Assembly: GCA_964016885.1 (NCBI GenBank)
Contig: OZ024743.1
Coordinates: forward strand, 104,036,001 to 104,100,000
DNA: 64,000 bases
Source: Eledone cirrhosa
Lineage: Eukaryota
Direction: 5' to 3'
Both the position numbers and the translations under genes were made by a program. Below, piece after piece: positions 38,870-61,862 of this stretch; position 1 is the first letter of the stretch, and every line of letters starts with the position of its first letter. The notes under the pieces are model-generated. The model had not been told where the DNA came from, did not search any database, and saw only the letters and a list, made by a program, of their open reading frames with translations.

Positions 38870-38966
38870 TAGCGAGAATCGTATTTCGGCTATTGGAAAT
38901 TAGCGAAAAACAACTTCCGAGATGTGTGGCAAGCGCTCCATAGAAGCTAGTGAACTACTATATATA

Positions 38967-39441
38967 TTATACATTGGGAGGGTCATGTTGCCAATACGAA
39001 ACACACGCACCAGTTGTAAAACTCCATTTATTATAAATTAAATTTATAAATTTAAGAATTTATAAATTTCCGGTTGGTTGGTTCCACAACCGGATGGTTG
39101 TTCATATATTGTCAAAGTTCTTTCGTCACACATTCTGTGACCTCTTCAGTGACTGGGGATTCTTCTCGTTGTTTTGTACCTCTCCTTTGTTCTGTCCTAC
39201 GCCATCTTATTTTTGTGGAGAGGCACAAAACGAAGAAAAGAATCCCCAGTCACTGAAGAGGTCACAGAATGTGTGACGGAAGAACTTTGACAATATATGA
39301 ACAACCGTCCGGTTATGGAACCAACCAACCAATCGGAAATTTATAAATTCTTACATTTATAAATTTAATTTATAATAAATTGGAGTGAAAGCTATTGGTG
39401 CGTGTGTTTCTTATTGGCAACATGACTCTCCCAAAGTATAA
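38967..39441. repeat. Long palindrome (~220-bp arms, ~31-bp loop) with hammerhead-like cores, probable Penelope-like element ends
   Basis: Arms 38967-39185 and 39217-39441 are reverse complements. CTGAAGAG-GTCAC-N7-GTGAC-GAAA on the minus strand at 39121-39149. A decayed single-arm copy lies at about 59192-59390. Confidence 0.8.
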
Positions 39442-40006
39442 CAATATCGGTTTCAACACACGTTTTCATATATACATACATATACCACACATATATATCC
39501 ATACACATATCTATACACATATGTATATATAACACATGTACATATACATATATATATATATACACACACACATATATGTATATACACACACATGTATGTA
39601 TATAGTGGCTGCCAACTCGTTTTCGAGTACGGCCACTACTTTATATCTATGTAGGAGAACCCCTACCGATGCGCTGAACAAGTGTGACCTTTTAGTCCAG
39701 CCAGCGACTTGGAAAGTCTGGTACAAACACAACACTTGTGACAATTATTGACACATAGTGCTGGGCCCATGGTACCATGTGACGAGAAGTGCAGAGAGAT
39801 CTCCAGATATAAAGCAATGCCTGTGCCGTGAAGCTTTTATAGTGAGCAAAGGCACTGCACAAAGCCAGTCCCACTCTCTTAACCAAGATAATATTTACCA
39901 AAAAGAACAAGTCAACATCATTGGATACCATCAGAGTTGCAGGTGTTATATCAGAGTTTTCCTTCTCCTAGAATTCTGCCTTGACAGAATATACACACAT
40001 ATATGG

Positions 40007-40340
40007 AGGCACATGGCTTAGTGGTTAGAGCATTGGCCTTGCAATCGAAAGGTTGTGAGTTCAATTCTCAGACCGGGTGATGTGTTGTTTCCTTGAGCAA
40101 GACACTTTATTTCACATTGCTCCAGTTTACTCAGCTGTAGAAATGAGATGATAGGGACTGGGGTCCCTATCATTCCACTGCAAAGTGGTCGTGGAGGTGC
40201 CACGGCAAAATAGCACCCAGCACTCACTGTAAATGAGGTTGGTGTTAGGAAGGGCATCCAGCTGTAGAAATCAAGCCAAAATCAGTTCCCGTCCCACCCT
40301 TGCAAGCAGGGAAAAGTGGACGTAAAATGAAATGATGAAT
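40007..40340 (+). mobile_element. Complete tRNA-headed CORE-type SINE with a bipartite RTE-derived 3' half
   Basis: ggcacatggcttagtggttagag (A box), gagttcaattc (B box), tccttgagcaagacactt (CORE-like), ttaggaagggcatccagc, cccttgcaagcaggg hairpin and (gat)-like tail. Confidence 0.85.
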
Positions 40341-40344
40341 GATA

Positions 40345-49750
<9,406 letters not shown>

Positions 49751-50316
49751 TCCTGTACCAACTGCTTTTCTTTTGTTTATTACACATACATATATAATTT
49801 ACAGACACATCCCAGGTTTTCTATTATCAATGGAAAGTCAAACATAGCAGGGCCCCACCCTGAATCCCTAAACCGAGAATCACAAGCTTTGTAATGTCTA
49901 GGTTAATAAAATAAATGAATGCTTGTTTCATTGGGCACAGAATTTTATTTTAGATAGCATGTCCCATTTTTGTGTCTGTTCGGAGTATATGTAAAGATCC
50001 TAAGGGGAGTTTCGTTAAACTGTGCATTTAAGGTGTTTTGTAACAATATACACTAAATATAACCTCTATTATTCAATGTAGAAGGATGGCGGGATGAATT
50101 GAAAGCTCTGCTTAACAATAGACACACATACATATGCGTTAGAAGCTGATGATGATTCATTCCGATTACTCAAAGGGTATATATAAATCAGCTTCGAACT
50201 AATATACACCACTAGATGTATTGAGTACACTTTCTTCTGATTACAACATTTAAACACACACACATACAGTATATACATATATCGAAATGTGTAAGCTTGA
50301 CCGGCGGGCAAGTGAT

Positions 50317-50362
<46 letters not shown>

Positions 50363-50580
50363 TTTTATATATAGTATGTATGGTGGGTTGTGTAGACGGA
50401 ATTGCACGTAGTCCCAGGTAGTGTTACGTAAGTGAGGATTGAGGTAAGCTAGACAGGTGGGATGTGTGATATATATATATATACCATAACAAATGCACAA
50501 AAAATTATAGGGTGTGGTAAATAGACAACTGATAAAAGCTCCTCACGTTTTCAGATTGCTAGATTAACTGACAGTGGTCA

Positions 50581-50795
50581 CGGGTAGGTAGATACAGTAA
50601 ATTTACCCAGATATATAAATTGTCTTTAGTTTCGGGTATCGGTAAGATTACACAAATTAGTTTTGGTTCCTGGGTAGATATATTTAACCAGATATAGAGA
50701 TTGTCTAGTTACAGCTATAGGTAATATTACTACACAAACTGTTAGTGATTGCTTGGTAGGTAAATTAAGTACATTTACCTATGTACAGAGATTGG
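50581..50795. repeat. Diverged ~90-bp tandem repeat (2-3 units)
   Basis: Recurrent ggtagata...ttt(a)(c/a)ccagatata.a.attgtct...ggtaa.attac.caaa. Confidence 0.5.
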
Positions 50796-50925
50796 ATTTA
50801 GATTTTGTGTCTATTATATTGGTTTTTGTTGTTCTATTGTTTGAGGTTTTAAAAGTTTGTGTGTGTGTGTGTACTAGCTGTTGAAACGGCAAGAGCTCAG
50901 CCGTCGGGTCCCGACTCTTTATAAT

Positions 50926-50961
<36 letters not shown>

Positions 50962-51147
50962 GTATATAATCTTGCGGTTAATAAAGGTAATTTTAGCTGA
51001 GATGATAGCAAGCAAATGTGCATTTAGTAAATCTGTTTTTAGTCAAAAACCACCCAGCCCATCCGTTCTCGGGTACACAGACACACACACACATATATAT
51101 ATATATAGTATATTCTACTTTCTATTCCATGCAAGAGAATCGTCGCT

Positions 51148-51360
51148 GTTGTTTAGCCTCAGGATAATTCAGACTATACAAGGCTATTATTATAAACGTA
51201 TTTCAACCTTGACCATCCGGTCTTTTATTCAGCCATAGTTTAATCTTAAACTACATTATCCAGTGTGTGCCTCTTATTTTTTACAACAGTAAAGTGTGAT
51301 TTTTAGGGATATCTAGCTGCCATTTCTTGCAGCTCAAGTGACCGGCAAAGGCTCCCCTCA
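51148..51360 (+). repeat. Dispersed ~210-bp repeat family (copies about 2005-2205, 3165-3305, 6315-6485, 15030-15200, 31490-31670)
   Basis: Shared ttgtttagcc...tgaccatcc...ctacattatcca.tgtgt...gtgtgattt...gctgctatttct. Confidence 0.6.
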
Positions 51361-51729
51361 TTTGCTCGCACAATGGATGTTGTGGATAAGGTGATATATA
51401 TCAGTAATTTAACTAGGGCTACTGTTTGATATACGACATATAAAACTAGCTTTGTGTAGTCTAATCGAAATAAAACTATTACATGAGAACATTTTGAATG
51501 GCGATATTGAGAACGAGAATATTCTATTTATCAATAATGCACACAAAGATTATAAATAATAGACACAGAGAGATAGAGAGGGGGGGGGGCATATAGAAGG
51601 TTGGTTGTATTTAGTAAATAGTTCGTGACACGATGTCAAAAGAAATTCAACTTTGAAGGGGAGAAATAATCCACAGAACTATTTAAGGGACAAAATCTAT
51701 TTAGAGAACTACATACACACATATTTATA

Positions 51730-51777
<48 letters not shown>

Positions 51778-51949
51778 CATACATACATACATACACACAC
51801 AATTGTTTATTTTACTACCGTATATTTAAAGCCGCTGAGAACCGCATGAACTGTTTATATTTATCTTTCTTTTATCACATAAATAATTTACGTCAAATTA
51901 TTAAATATTTTTGTGATTTTCTTTATATATGTAAACACACACATATATA

Positions 51950-52027
51950 CAGGGTGTCCCAAAAAATGTTTACATACTTTTATTAGAATGTTGTTGATGT
52001 GTGTATATATTTTTGGGGGACACCCTG
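51950..52027. mobile_element. 78-bp Tc1/mariner-type mini-MITE
   Basis: TIRs cagggtgtcccaaaaa / tttttgggggacaccctg; TA present on the left side only. Confidence 0.6.
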
Positions 52028-52556
52028 GGACACACACACACATATATATATGAACTCATACATACACACAGGCATATATGCAAGTTTTTACAGAATAATA
52101 TTTGGACCAATGCTAAAATGATTCCCAAAACGATTCCAAGTGATTATACACTACATAAAAATTGACAGATTCTGTCATGGGCATGTCCCTTATATCAATA
52201 AAAGTATAGTCCTTAGATAATAAAATAAGGTACCCTATTAAAGTAGAGGGATCGGTTTAATCGACTTTATTCCTTCCCCTAAATTGCTGGCCTTGTGCCT
52301 AAATCAGAAACCATATTTTCAATTACAGACGAAGTTCGATACGAATTAAGAAACGGCAGTGGTTGGAAAAGGGTGTGTGTATATATATATACACACACAC
52401 ACGGATAGATATAGTCTGAGATAGATAGATAAATGTAGAAAGAGGAGTGAGAATATCAAGATATATTGTGTATAGATAGTTCAGTAAAAACAATAGACAT
52501 ACTAATGAATTAAGAAGAAAGATAATGAAAACAATAGCAACGTACGTTTCTACTTA

Positions 52557-53060
52557 CTTATTAGTTTCAATCACAACGATATAGGAGTAAAAAATATCCT
52601 GTAGGTGAGCAGACCAACCCATCGGGCAACTTCACATTTACTTTTGGTGGATTTATTGTATTATATATATTTTATTTATTTATTGTTGGTGATGGCAGAG
52701 AGGGGGAGGTTAATATTATTTTTTTTACTTTTCTTTTTGTGTTAAACGAATGTGAAAAAATTATTATTATTTAAACAGTTGAATTTTTTTGTTTGTTTGT
52801 TTACATATAAACTCTCCTGGTGTATTAATTTACTTATTATCAATAAGTTTATTGTAATTAATTTTTCCACTGCGGCCTTTTTCCAGTCAATAGAAGGAGA
52901 CAAGGTAATCACCGTCGGCGAAAGAATACACAGAGAACGTAGTGATAGTCGGGGGGGATAGAGAGAGGAGATAACTACAGAGATTAGGTGAGGAACAGAT
53001 ACAACGATTGGTTCATTTTTGTTAGTTGGCAACCAATGAAACGGCTCTATTTAAAACTGT
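52557..53060 (-). promoter_or_regulatory. Candidate minus-strand promoter and non-coding first exon
   Basis: Unique CpG-retaining sequence, CCAAT motifs near 53006 and 53033, TATA-like tttaaatag near 53050, donor-like gtaagta at 52556. Inference only. Confidence 0.25.
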
Positions 53061-53224
53061 TCCAACTGCTAAATCTCGTACCCACGATCTTACTATTTAG
53101 ACTGACTTACTTATCAGTCGCAGCAACCACCGACTAATAATTGTCTACAAATATAATTGCGCGTGTGTATATAAATTATATGTGTCTATATATACGTATT
53201 TGTTTATATGTACAAACAAATATG

Positions 53225-53470
53225 TGACTTAGTGGTTTGTGTAATCGGCGGTGTGTTGTGTCCTTAAGCAAGACACTTTATTTCACGTTGCTCCAGTCTA
53301 CTTAACTAGCAAAAGTGAGTTGTACTTGTAATTCGAAGGGCCAGTCTTGTGTCATGCTGAATCTCCCCGAGAACTACGTCAAGGGCACGCGTGTCTCTGG
53401 AATGCTCAGCCACTCGCACGTTAATTTCACGAACAGGCCGCTTCTTTGATCGTATCAATTGGAACACTGC
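53225..53470 (+). mobile_element. CORE-type SINE with a third tail type (older copies about 7625-7915 +, 22200-22470 -, 60490-60760 +)
   Basis: tccttaagcaagacactttatttcacgttgctccag followed by gctgaatctccc..gagaactacgt..gcacgttaatttcacga. Confidence 0.7.
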
Positions 53471-54119
53471 TATAGTTTATATTTATTTATATATATATGG
53501 TGAAACCCCCTGATAACAAGACACAACTTCATCCATAATTAAGCTCACTTCGGTATTGAATACCAGTTCTCACGTCCGTCAAGATCAGACACACAACACA
53601 AACATAAAAGGAGTGTTCTACATACTAAATACAAATACTATGTAATCTTACTCAGCATCATCGATTTACGTCCATTCTTCCACGCTAGCATGGGTGAGAC
53701 GGGTTGTCTTGTGGGCAATGCCAGGTCAAGTGACCGTGTCTTGCTCACACGGGAACTGATTTTGGCTTGATTTCTACAGCTGGAAGCTCTTCCTAACACC
53801 AACCTCATTTACAGTGAGTACTGGATGCTTTTTTACCGTGGCCCCTACACGACCACTTTACCATGTGGACTAGGTGCTTTTTTGTTGTGACACCTCCACA
53901 ACGACTTTGCAGTGGAGAATATTGTCTATATGCTTGAGCTTGTACACGTGGGAAATAGGGTCTTCTGTATTACTCCTTAACGCTAGAGGTCTCAGTCCTG
54001 TGTCATCACCTTACTGTCATAATTAATATGAGTTGACCTCAATTAACTAAGATTATCCATGCAATTACGAGACAAAAACTCCTTTTGGAAATGTTTAAGA
54101 TCTGAAATAAGCAAATAAT

Positions 54120-54297
54120 TGTTTCTACTATTGGCACAAGACCAGCAATTACCCAGTACATTACTGGTACTTTATTTTATCGACCCCGTAAGGATGAAAG
54201 GCAAAGTTAACCTTGGCGGGATTTGAACTCAGAATGGCAAGGGCCGTAACTCTATGCGTCAAAGCATGGCGTCCGATCCTCTACCGATACTGCCAAT
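54120..54297 (-). mobile_element. Family A SINE
   Basis: Near-full copy; short TSD aaataat at 54113-54119 and 54299-54305. Confidence 0.88.
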
Positions 54298-54989
54298 GAA
54301 ATAATGGAAGCTAACTCAAATAAGATCAAGTAATCAAAAGATATGCAATAAGTAGATCTTAACCAGCAGGTGAAATCATCAGACATGTTTCAGACCATTT
54401 AGTCCTCTTCAGCAAAGTATATTGTCCTCAATTAGCAAGATGTAGATATAATCAAAATATATGAAATTAGAAGAAATACAATGCATCCAGATTACGCTGT
54501 GAAGTGGTGGTACCAGTGCCTCAAAATGCATCCAGTATACTCTGTAAAATTGTGCTTTTCCCATGATAAAATGCACACTCTAAAGCCATGTTTGTATCAT
54601 GATAAAATGCACCTACTACCCTCTGTGAAGTGGTAGTGATGGTGCCACGATAAACTGCCACCAGTACAATATGTAAAGTGTTAGTGTTGGAGCCATGATA
54701 AAATACACCCACCACACACTGCAAAATGGTAGTGCTAATATCACAAAATATACCCAGTACACACTGTGAAATGGTGCCATGATAGAATGCATCCAGTACT
54801 CTGTAAATTGGTAGTGCTTTTGCCACAATAAAATGCATTCAGTACACTCTGTGAAGTGATAGTGCTGATGCCATGATAAAACACACCCAGTGCCCCTTGA
54901 AATGTGGCTGGGGTTAGGAAGGGTATCCAGTTGTAGAAACCATACTAAAATTTGGAAGAACAATAACTCCAAATAGGCAATGACTTAAG

Positions 54990-55470
54990 TTAAATAATCT
55001 TGTAGGGACTTTTGGCAAAACTACCACATAATGAAGTCCATAGATAATATCAAAGGAGCTTGAGGTAAAGTAGCCAAGAACTATATTAGAAAAGTTTGAA
55101 AGAAGCTAGAGTCAGAGATATATCATAACTTCCTGAACTTTGAAAAAAAAATAGTAGCAGCAGTTATCACTAACATTGTTGAGATAACCAACTAAAGGAA
55201 AATGCAGAATATCAACCTGGAAAATTTGGAAGAGTTAATAGATCTTCATATTAAAATATTATCTGTTGAAACATTGCATGTGTTAGTTCAGCAACATATC
55301 CAAATTGAGCCTTAAAATCCTACTGTAGAATCAGTAAAATCAGAATTCTTACTATTGAATTCCTTAGAAACCATATCACCAAGATTATTGAAATCATGGC
55401 CCAGTTTAATGTGAATTAGTCTGATGTAAGATAAGTATTAAAGCAAAGAGAGTTTTAGACATAATATCCT
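54990..55470 (+). mobile_element. Pogo/Tigger-like transposase C-terminal relic
   Basis: Translation IKGA*GKVAKNYIRKV*KKL and ITNIVEIT..QNINLENLEELIDLH resembles the pogo/Tigger pattern AWxxV...CWKKL / IVEL...EDIEELL..H. Heavily decayed. Confidence 0.5.
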
Positions 55471-56399
55471 GTCACCAAGTCATTAGAACATCAGATAGAA
55501 TGTTTTGTGGTATTCATTCCAGGTCTCTGTGCCCTCTGAGCTCAAATCCCATCAAAGTTAACTTTGTTTTTCATCCTTTCGATGCCAGTTCAGTACTGGG
55601 TCAATTCTTCCTCTATATCTCTTTCTCACTTCCTGTCCCTCATTCTCTTTCTCCTTTACTGGAAGAAATCAGCTGTGTTCAGACCTGGAGAGGGAATGGG
55701 CTCTAACAAGTTTAAAGTGCCTAAGACATGCTGTTTATAATGGTGGTGCCCCTGAGACTATCAGGAGTTATGGGTCCATACATACATCCTGCTACCATGA
55801 ACTGTCTCTGCTGAGATGACTCAAGAATGCAAATACATTAGATTCTTCTCTCTCGCTCCTTCTCTCCAAATTAGCTGTTGTCATGGGGAGAGTCATGAAG
55901 AAGACGCCTACAGTGTCCCTTTATCCAGAATTGGTGAAGGGTTGAGTGAGAAGCTAGCAAATCTTGTAGAAAAATTAATATACTATGAATACAGAGATCT
56001 GAATGAAGAAGATAGATTATTCAATTGCATTTTGCTTTAAAAAAAGTTAGTCACATTTTGAAATAGTCCAGGTAGCTGTCCTGTCAACTGACAAGAAATT
56101 TCTAAGAGATTAACCCAAACAAGTTTGTGTCCTACTTTATTCCTTTCTTCACAATCCAATGATTCTATTGCAAAAGTAAATAAAAAGAAAAACCGACAGA
56201 TGACTAAATAGCTAGGAATTGGCCATTAATATAAAACAGCAGAAATTTATCACTAAGCTATTATGAGTTTTTTAAAATTTGTCTATGAATACATTTATAT
56301 GAGTTCAATTATTTGACTTAAAAAGAAACTCTACTCTGTGAAGACTAGTTCTCTTTCCCTACACCTACACAATAATCTCTTTATATATCTACAAACCTA

Positions 56400-56600
56400 A
56401 GCACTGCCTCATGCCTGCCCATAATGTGAAGGAGAGGAAGATAGACTTGGACTTCACTGACTGCGTTCTTTTCATGCCTGTCACTGTTAAGGTCTCTGGT
56501 ATCCTCAGTCCCCAAATTGCAATCTTCCTCTGCAAAATTGGAGGAATACAGGCTGATGCAGCAGGTGTTGCTGGCTTTTCTCTACAGCAATATTGCTGCT
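56400..56600 (+). mobile_element. Possible CRE-clade non-LTR retrotransposon restriction-like endonuclease relic
   Basis: ORF 56411 reads KERK...LFMPVTVKVSGILSPQIAIFLCKIG, resembling the FxPxAVETxGxxGPxxxxFLxxIG motif of RLE-type elements. Confidence 0.4.
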
Positions 56601-56958
56601 ATTTTATCCATGAAGCATACCTGAGATGTACTGAAAGGCTGAGTTGTTAGAATATTGTATATTTATTTTGGCTCTCTGTGATCAGAGTTCAAATCCCAGC
56701 TCAGTATACTTTGCTTTTCATCCTTTCAGAGTTGATAAAGAAAGTACCAGCCCAGTGCTGGTGCAGCCTTCCTCTCTTTCTAGCTGTCACATTCTGAGAG
56801 CTCCACAGGATCAAGGAAGTGAAAGGCAAGAGGGCATCTGTGTCTGCTGGTGACGACATGGAAACCTAAATACCTTTAGTGAAATATGGCAAATATTACT
56901 AAGTCATACTCGATTGTAAGTGATGGCTGTAGCATTGGCACATATATGTATTCTATGA

Positions 56959-56992
<34 letters not shown>

Positions 56993-57719
56993 CAGAGGTT
57001 GGGTATGAAATAGTTAACCTTGAAGCTGACTATGGATACTACTCCATTCCCTTCCAAAAATAGCAAAAAGATCTTCTTAAGGAAGCAATGTTTTAATACA
57101 CAGTATGTGTATTTACATAAGAAATTACATCAGATCAAGTTTATAGTCAAAGTTCCTTAGAAAATGTTATCAACAAAGAAAACCCTAGCTATATATTTTT
57201 TATGGTCATATATATGTTTATGTATTTGCTTTACACACACATATATATACATACATATGTATATGCATGTATGTTTATATATATATATTTAGCGTCCGTG
57301 TTCCACGCTTGCATATATATATATATATATGAATATTATATATATATGTATATCTATATCGTTTAGTTCATCATATGTTTGTGTGTATAAGCATACATAC
57401 ATTACATATGTGTGTTTAAAAAGAGATAAAAATGAAAAGTGTGTGTTCTTTATTATCATCGTTTTTAGAATCATCTGATACTTCAGAATAAGAGTTGTTG
57501 TTTCAAACATACAAATATATACCCACAAATCACATGCACATATACAAATAGAAACGTTTTCTATTCCAAGGAGCTGGAATATGGGGAAAAAATCTGAATA
57601 AAAAAGTTAAAACTTGAATGCTAAAATGTAGGCTATATCTACAGGAAAATTTGAACGCCAAAATTGGCCCCAGAGGGACTTGAACTCAAACTATATAGTG
57701 ACCATTGATTTATCAGGCT

Positions 57720-58100
57720 CAAAACGTAAGCTGTAGGCAACATAAAACTCTTAGACATATATGATGGTCTCCCTCATATATCTAATATTGTGCGAAGGAG
57801 GAGTTTGAGATTTGCACGCCATCATACCTTAAATGAAGGCTCTCCTTTAGTGCTTTCGAGATCAACATCTGTCAAAAGCCAAAGAGGTCCCAAGCTCTCT
57901 TATCTAGATGTCCTAGCATGAAAGACTCTGGTATTGATGTTTGGGATCTAGGCAATACAATGAGTGACAGACCTAAATGAATTGGAAACCAACATCTGTG
58001 AAAAGCCAGATGTTGCAAGCTCTCCTATCTAGATGTCATAACCAAAAAGACTAATATTGACATCCAGTGTAATACCATGAATGACAGATATACATGGAGA
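57720..58100 (+). mobile_element. Degenerate RTE/RTE-X LINE 3' end with a local duplication of its tail
   Basis: Translation IYDGLPHISNIVRRRSLRFARHH...KLSYLDVL...DSGID...MSDR. The segment caacatctgt..aaagcc..aagctctc.tatctagatgtc occurs twice (about 57863 and 57990). Confidence 0.65.
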
Positions 58101-58557
58101 TCTTTCTTTGAGTTTATTTTGGAAGAATGATAATGTAAAGTGACATTACATAAATATTCACATCTAGCCATTCAGTCCACCAGTCTACTGTTTTGACCAA
58201 TATATTGCAATGACTAAAAGCTGTACGTAGTTGTACCTGCATTTGAATGCATATCATGATACAATCCACCCAACCCACATTTTAAAGTGGTGGTGCTGAT
58301 GACATTATAAAAAGCACCCAGTCCACCTTATGGGGTGGCAGTGGTGGTGTCACAATAAAAATGCACCCAACCCACATTGTAAAGTGGTAGTGCTGGTGCC
58401 ATGAAAGATGATTCTGGTATACACTGTAAAGTGATTGGCATTAAGGCCATCCAGCTGTAGAATCCAAGCCAAAAATGACCAGTCTAGCTACAAAACATAA
58501 CAACCTAACTCACGTGAGCATGGAAAATAGATGTTAAATGATGGTGATGATAATAAT

Positions 58558-58744
58558 TGTTTCTACTTTAGGCACAAGGCCAGCAATTATCCAGTGCATT
58601 ACTGGTACTTTATTTTATCGACCCCGTAAGGATGAAAGGCAAAGTCAACCTCGGCGGGATTTGAACTCAGATCATAAAGGGGCGTAACTATGCTGGAAAG
58701 CATGGCGTCCGACCCTCTACCGATACTGCCAATCCACCGCCCTC
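58558..58744 (-). mobile_element. Family A SINE
   Basis: 17-bp TSD atggtgatgataataat at 58541-58557 and 58745-58761. Confidence 0.9.
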
Positions 58745-59759
58745 ATGGTGATGATAATAATGACCTGATATTAAATATAGTTTGTATGTTGGTCTAATTT
58801 TGATCATAGTATTGATCAAAAATACAATTGCATATCCTTTTGAAGAAAAAAAAATCAATATAAATGTTTTTTTTACTTAGCAAATAATAATCATGCTGAT
58901 AAGTTTAAACCTGTGAACACGACAAACACCTTGTTTACTACTTTACGTGTGTAGTATCACACTGGTGAAAATATCCACTCAATACTACCTCTTGATCTAT
59001 GAGATAAAACCACCCATGTTATTGGGTCCCCATTTAACTCAAAAAGTTCTGTATTACATAGAACTACATTAGCAAGACATTTTTAAAAAGTATAAAACAG
59101 TACTCTGCACTATGACTACATTACATTTTTGTATTTGTTTTGAAAGATTCGTGATGCAAAATAATGTACTGAAAATATTGATATATCTTTCGAGGGTCAT
59201 GCTGCCAAAATAAACACCATTTAATTATCACTTTGGTTTTATTATTAGTCAGGTAATCAATCCATTCCTTGGTCATTTTAGTCACTTGATGGTTATTTAT
59301 TTAATTGCCAAAGTTCTTTTGTCACACATTCTGTGACATTCTCAATGACTATTCTTGTTCCTCTGTGTCCCCCCTTCATTTTAATTTTTTATTTATTCTT
59401 GTCTTTCTTGGTTTACTGCAAATGTTCAGATGTTAAGAGTAAAAAGCCATGCAATTGTGAGCTTTAATAACAACATCAGAATGAAAAAGTGAAATATTCT
59501 AATATAATCATTCAACCTGTCACTACCATTTTGTGCAAGTTTCCACGCTTTACATTCTTCTCAATTATGAAGAAGTCGGCTGTGTTTGATTAAGCAATAG
59601 ATAAAGAAGTGAATTGGAGTGAATTAGTCATTGTACTACCTATCATACATGACCTCACTATGTATATTGTAAGTCTTAGCTGTCTTTTCTAGCTAGATCA
59701 AATCTATCAAAGCTTTATTGGATCAAGGTTAATGCAGAAATGAAATTTAATTTTTTTTT

Positions 59760-60349
59760 TATTACAATATTTCTAGTGAAAAACACAATTTTCTAATTAT
59801 TTTGAAAATAATCAAAATTTTTTAAGGATTTAGTGATGTAACTAAATTTCTTATTATCAAGTTGATGTTTTGAGCGTAACTTAACTATTTCATTACCATG
59901 ACTGACACTGACTATCATTTTCAAATCATTTGGAAAGATTCAGTAAGTAGGTGTTTAGAGTATAACTTAACAAATGTTCTTACATAAAATTATGATGGAA
60001 GATTTTTAGATAAATATTAACACTCTAACTTTTATGTTATCATATTTCTAATGAAAAACACTGCTAATTATTTTCAAATCATTTAAAAATAATCAAGAAA
60101 GATTTAATAACAATATAACAATTTTTATATACTGCTTGAAACTGTTGCTGATTCTGATACAAAACTATTCCTTTTCAAGTATTTATATTTATCTAAAAAC
60201 CTTCCATCATAATTTCATGTAAGCTCTATTTCAAACACCAGCTTGATAGTGAGAACATTGGTTATATAACTAAATCCCTTGAAATACTTAATTATTTGAA
60301 AATAATATGTAGTGTCTTTCATTAGAAATATGGAAACAGAAGAGTTAAA
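59760..60349. repeat. Cluster of AT-rich MITE-like repeat copies, last one inverted (related copy about 8060-8260)
   Basis: Repeated catatttctaatgaaa..acact...ttttcaaatcattt..aaaataatcaag; the inverted copy ends aagagttaa. Confidence 0.55.
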
Positions 60350-60790
60350 CTGGTGTTAGGAAGTTAACTTTGGTTCTTACATAAAATAATGATGGCTCGA
60401 TTAAAGGTAACCTTGGTGGAATTTAACCAAAGGTCATAAATGAACAGGATTCAATACTTCAAAGTATTTCTCCAATTGCGGACACAGTATGATTGAATGG
60501 TTAAGAATTCTGTTTCAAAATCATTTGATACCCGCTTCAATCTCACTGCATGGCATCTAAGGCATGTGTCATTTACCATAGCCCCAAATCATCCTAGGCC
60601 TTGTGAGGTAAATTTGATAGATGGAAATTGTATAGAAACCCATCCAATGAACTGTAACTGTTATTCAAAGACCCAACCTTACTTACATGTTAATTTCATG
60701 ATCAGGTTGTTCCATTGATTGAACAACTAGAACAAACATCATTGAAACTGATGGAGGTCCACTCCATACATACATATATAATAATATAAT

Positions 60791-61084
60791 TGTTTCTACT
60801 TTTGGCACAAGGCCAGCAATTATCCCAGTGTATTACTGGTACTTTATTTTATCGACCCTATATGGATGAAAGGCAAAGTTAACCTTGGCGGGATTAGAAC
60901 TCAAAATAGAGTTTCTACTTTTGACACAAGGCCAGCGATCACCCCAGTGCATCACTGGTACTTTATTTTACCGACCTCGTAAGGATGAAAGGCAAAGTTA
61001 ACCTCGACGGATTTGAACTTAGAATGCAAAGGGCCATAACTATGCTGCAAAGCATGGTGTCTGACGCTCTATCGATACTGCCAC
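60791..61084 (-). mobile_element. Tandem pair of family A SINEs (one truncated, one near full)
   Basis: Two successive gtttctacttttg.cacaaggccagc starts at about 60792 and 60912. Confidence 0.85.
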
Positions 61085-61674
61085 TCAATTTCGAGTAATG
61101 CCACCGTTTGATACTTAAGCATGACAATGAGCACGTGGCTTTTTAGTCCTGCAAGGGACTTGCCAATGGCCAGCAATGCTATGCATCATAAAAAAATGTC
61201 ACATGTCAAGCGATGCCTGTGCTTGAAGATTTTACAAGTGAGGCAAGGCTTTGCATGGGGGGGCTAATCCCACTCTCTGAACATCGAATGCATTTACCCC
61301 AAAAATGGAACTGGTCTACATTATTGGATGCAAATGAAATCGCAGGTTTTATACCAGAGTGACCATCTCCTAGAGGGATGTTAATGATGACTAGGAATCC
61401 CTCGCTCTACAAAAAAAAAAAAATTTATTGGATGGCCATTGACTCTCCTGAGTGCCTCTGCCCTTTGACGGGTCTTGTTTTTCATCCCACAGGGTGTCCA
61501 AAATCACCCTCCGCACCAAGCAAGCTTAGTGGGGTTGCCGGTTTAGTCACCGACAACCCAACTATATACAGGTTGTACTGGGTTACATATTACAAGAGCA
61601 CTGAAGAGCGACCTGACATACATACATAAACACAGATACATACATACATACAAGCCTCACATTCATATTATAAT

Positions 61675-61862
61675 TGTTTCTACTATTGGCACAAGGCCAG
61701 CAATTACCCAGTGTATTACTGGTACTTTATTTTATCGACCCCATAAGGATGAAAGGCAAAGTTAACCTCGGCGGGATTTGAACTGAGAATGGCAAGGGCC
61801 GTAACTCCATGCGTCAAAGCATGGCGTCCGACCCTCTACCGATACTGCCAATCCACCGCCCT
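61675..61862 (-). mobile_element. Family A SINE
   Basis: 16-bp TSD acattcatattataat at 61659-61674 and 61863-61878. Confidence 0.9.

Noticed and set aside
40149-40340. Twin-priming inversion in the SINE at 40007
   Set aside because: Comparison with the copy at 38101 shows both parts in the same orientation; it is an internal deletion.
55816-56040. 74-aa ORF as a host exon
   Set aside because: No homology I can recognise, it lies among decayed transposon fragments, and it has no donor support.
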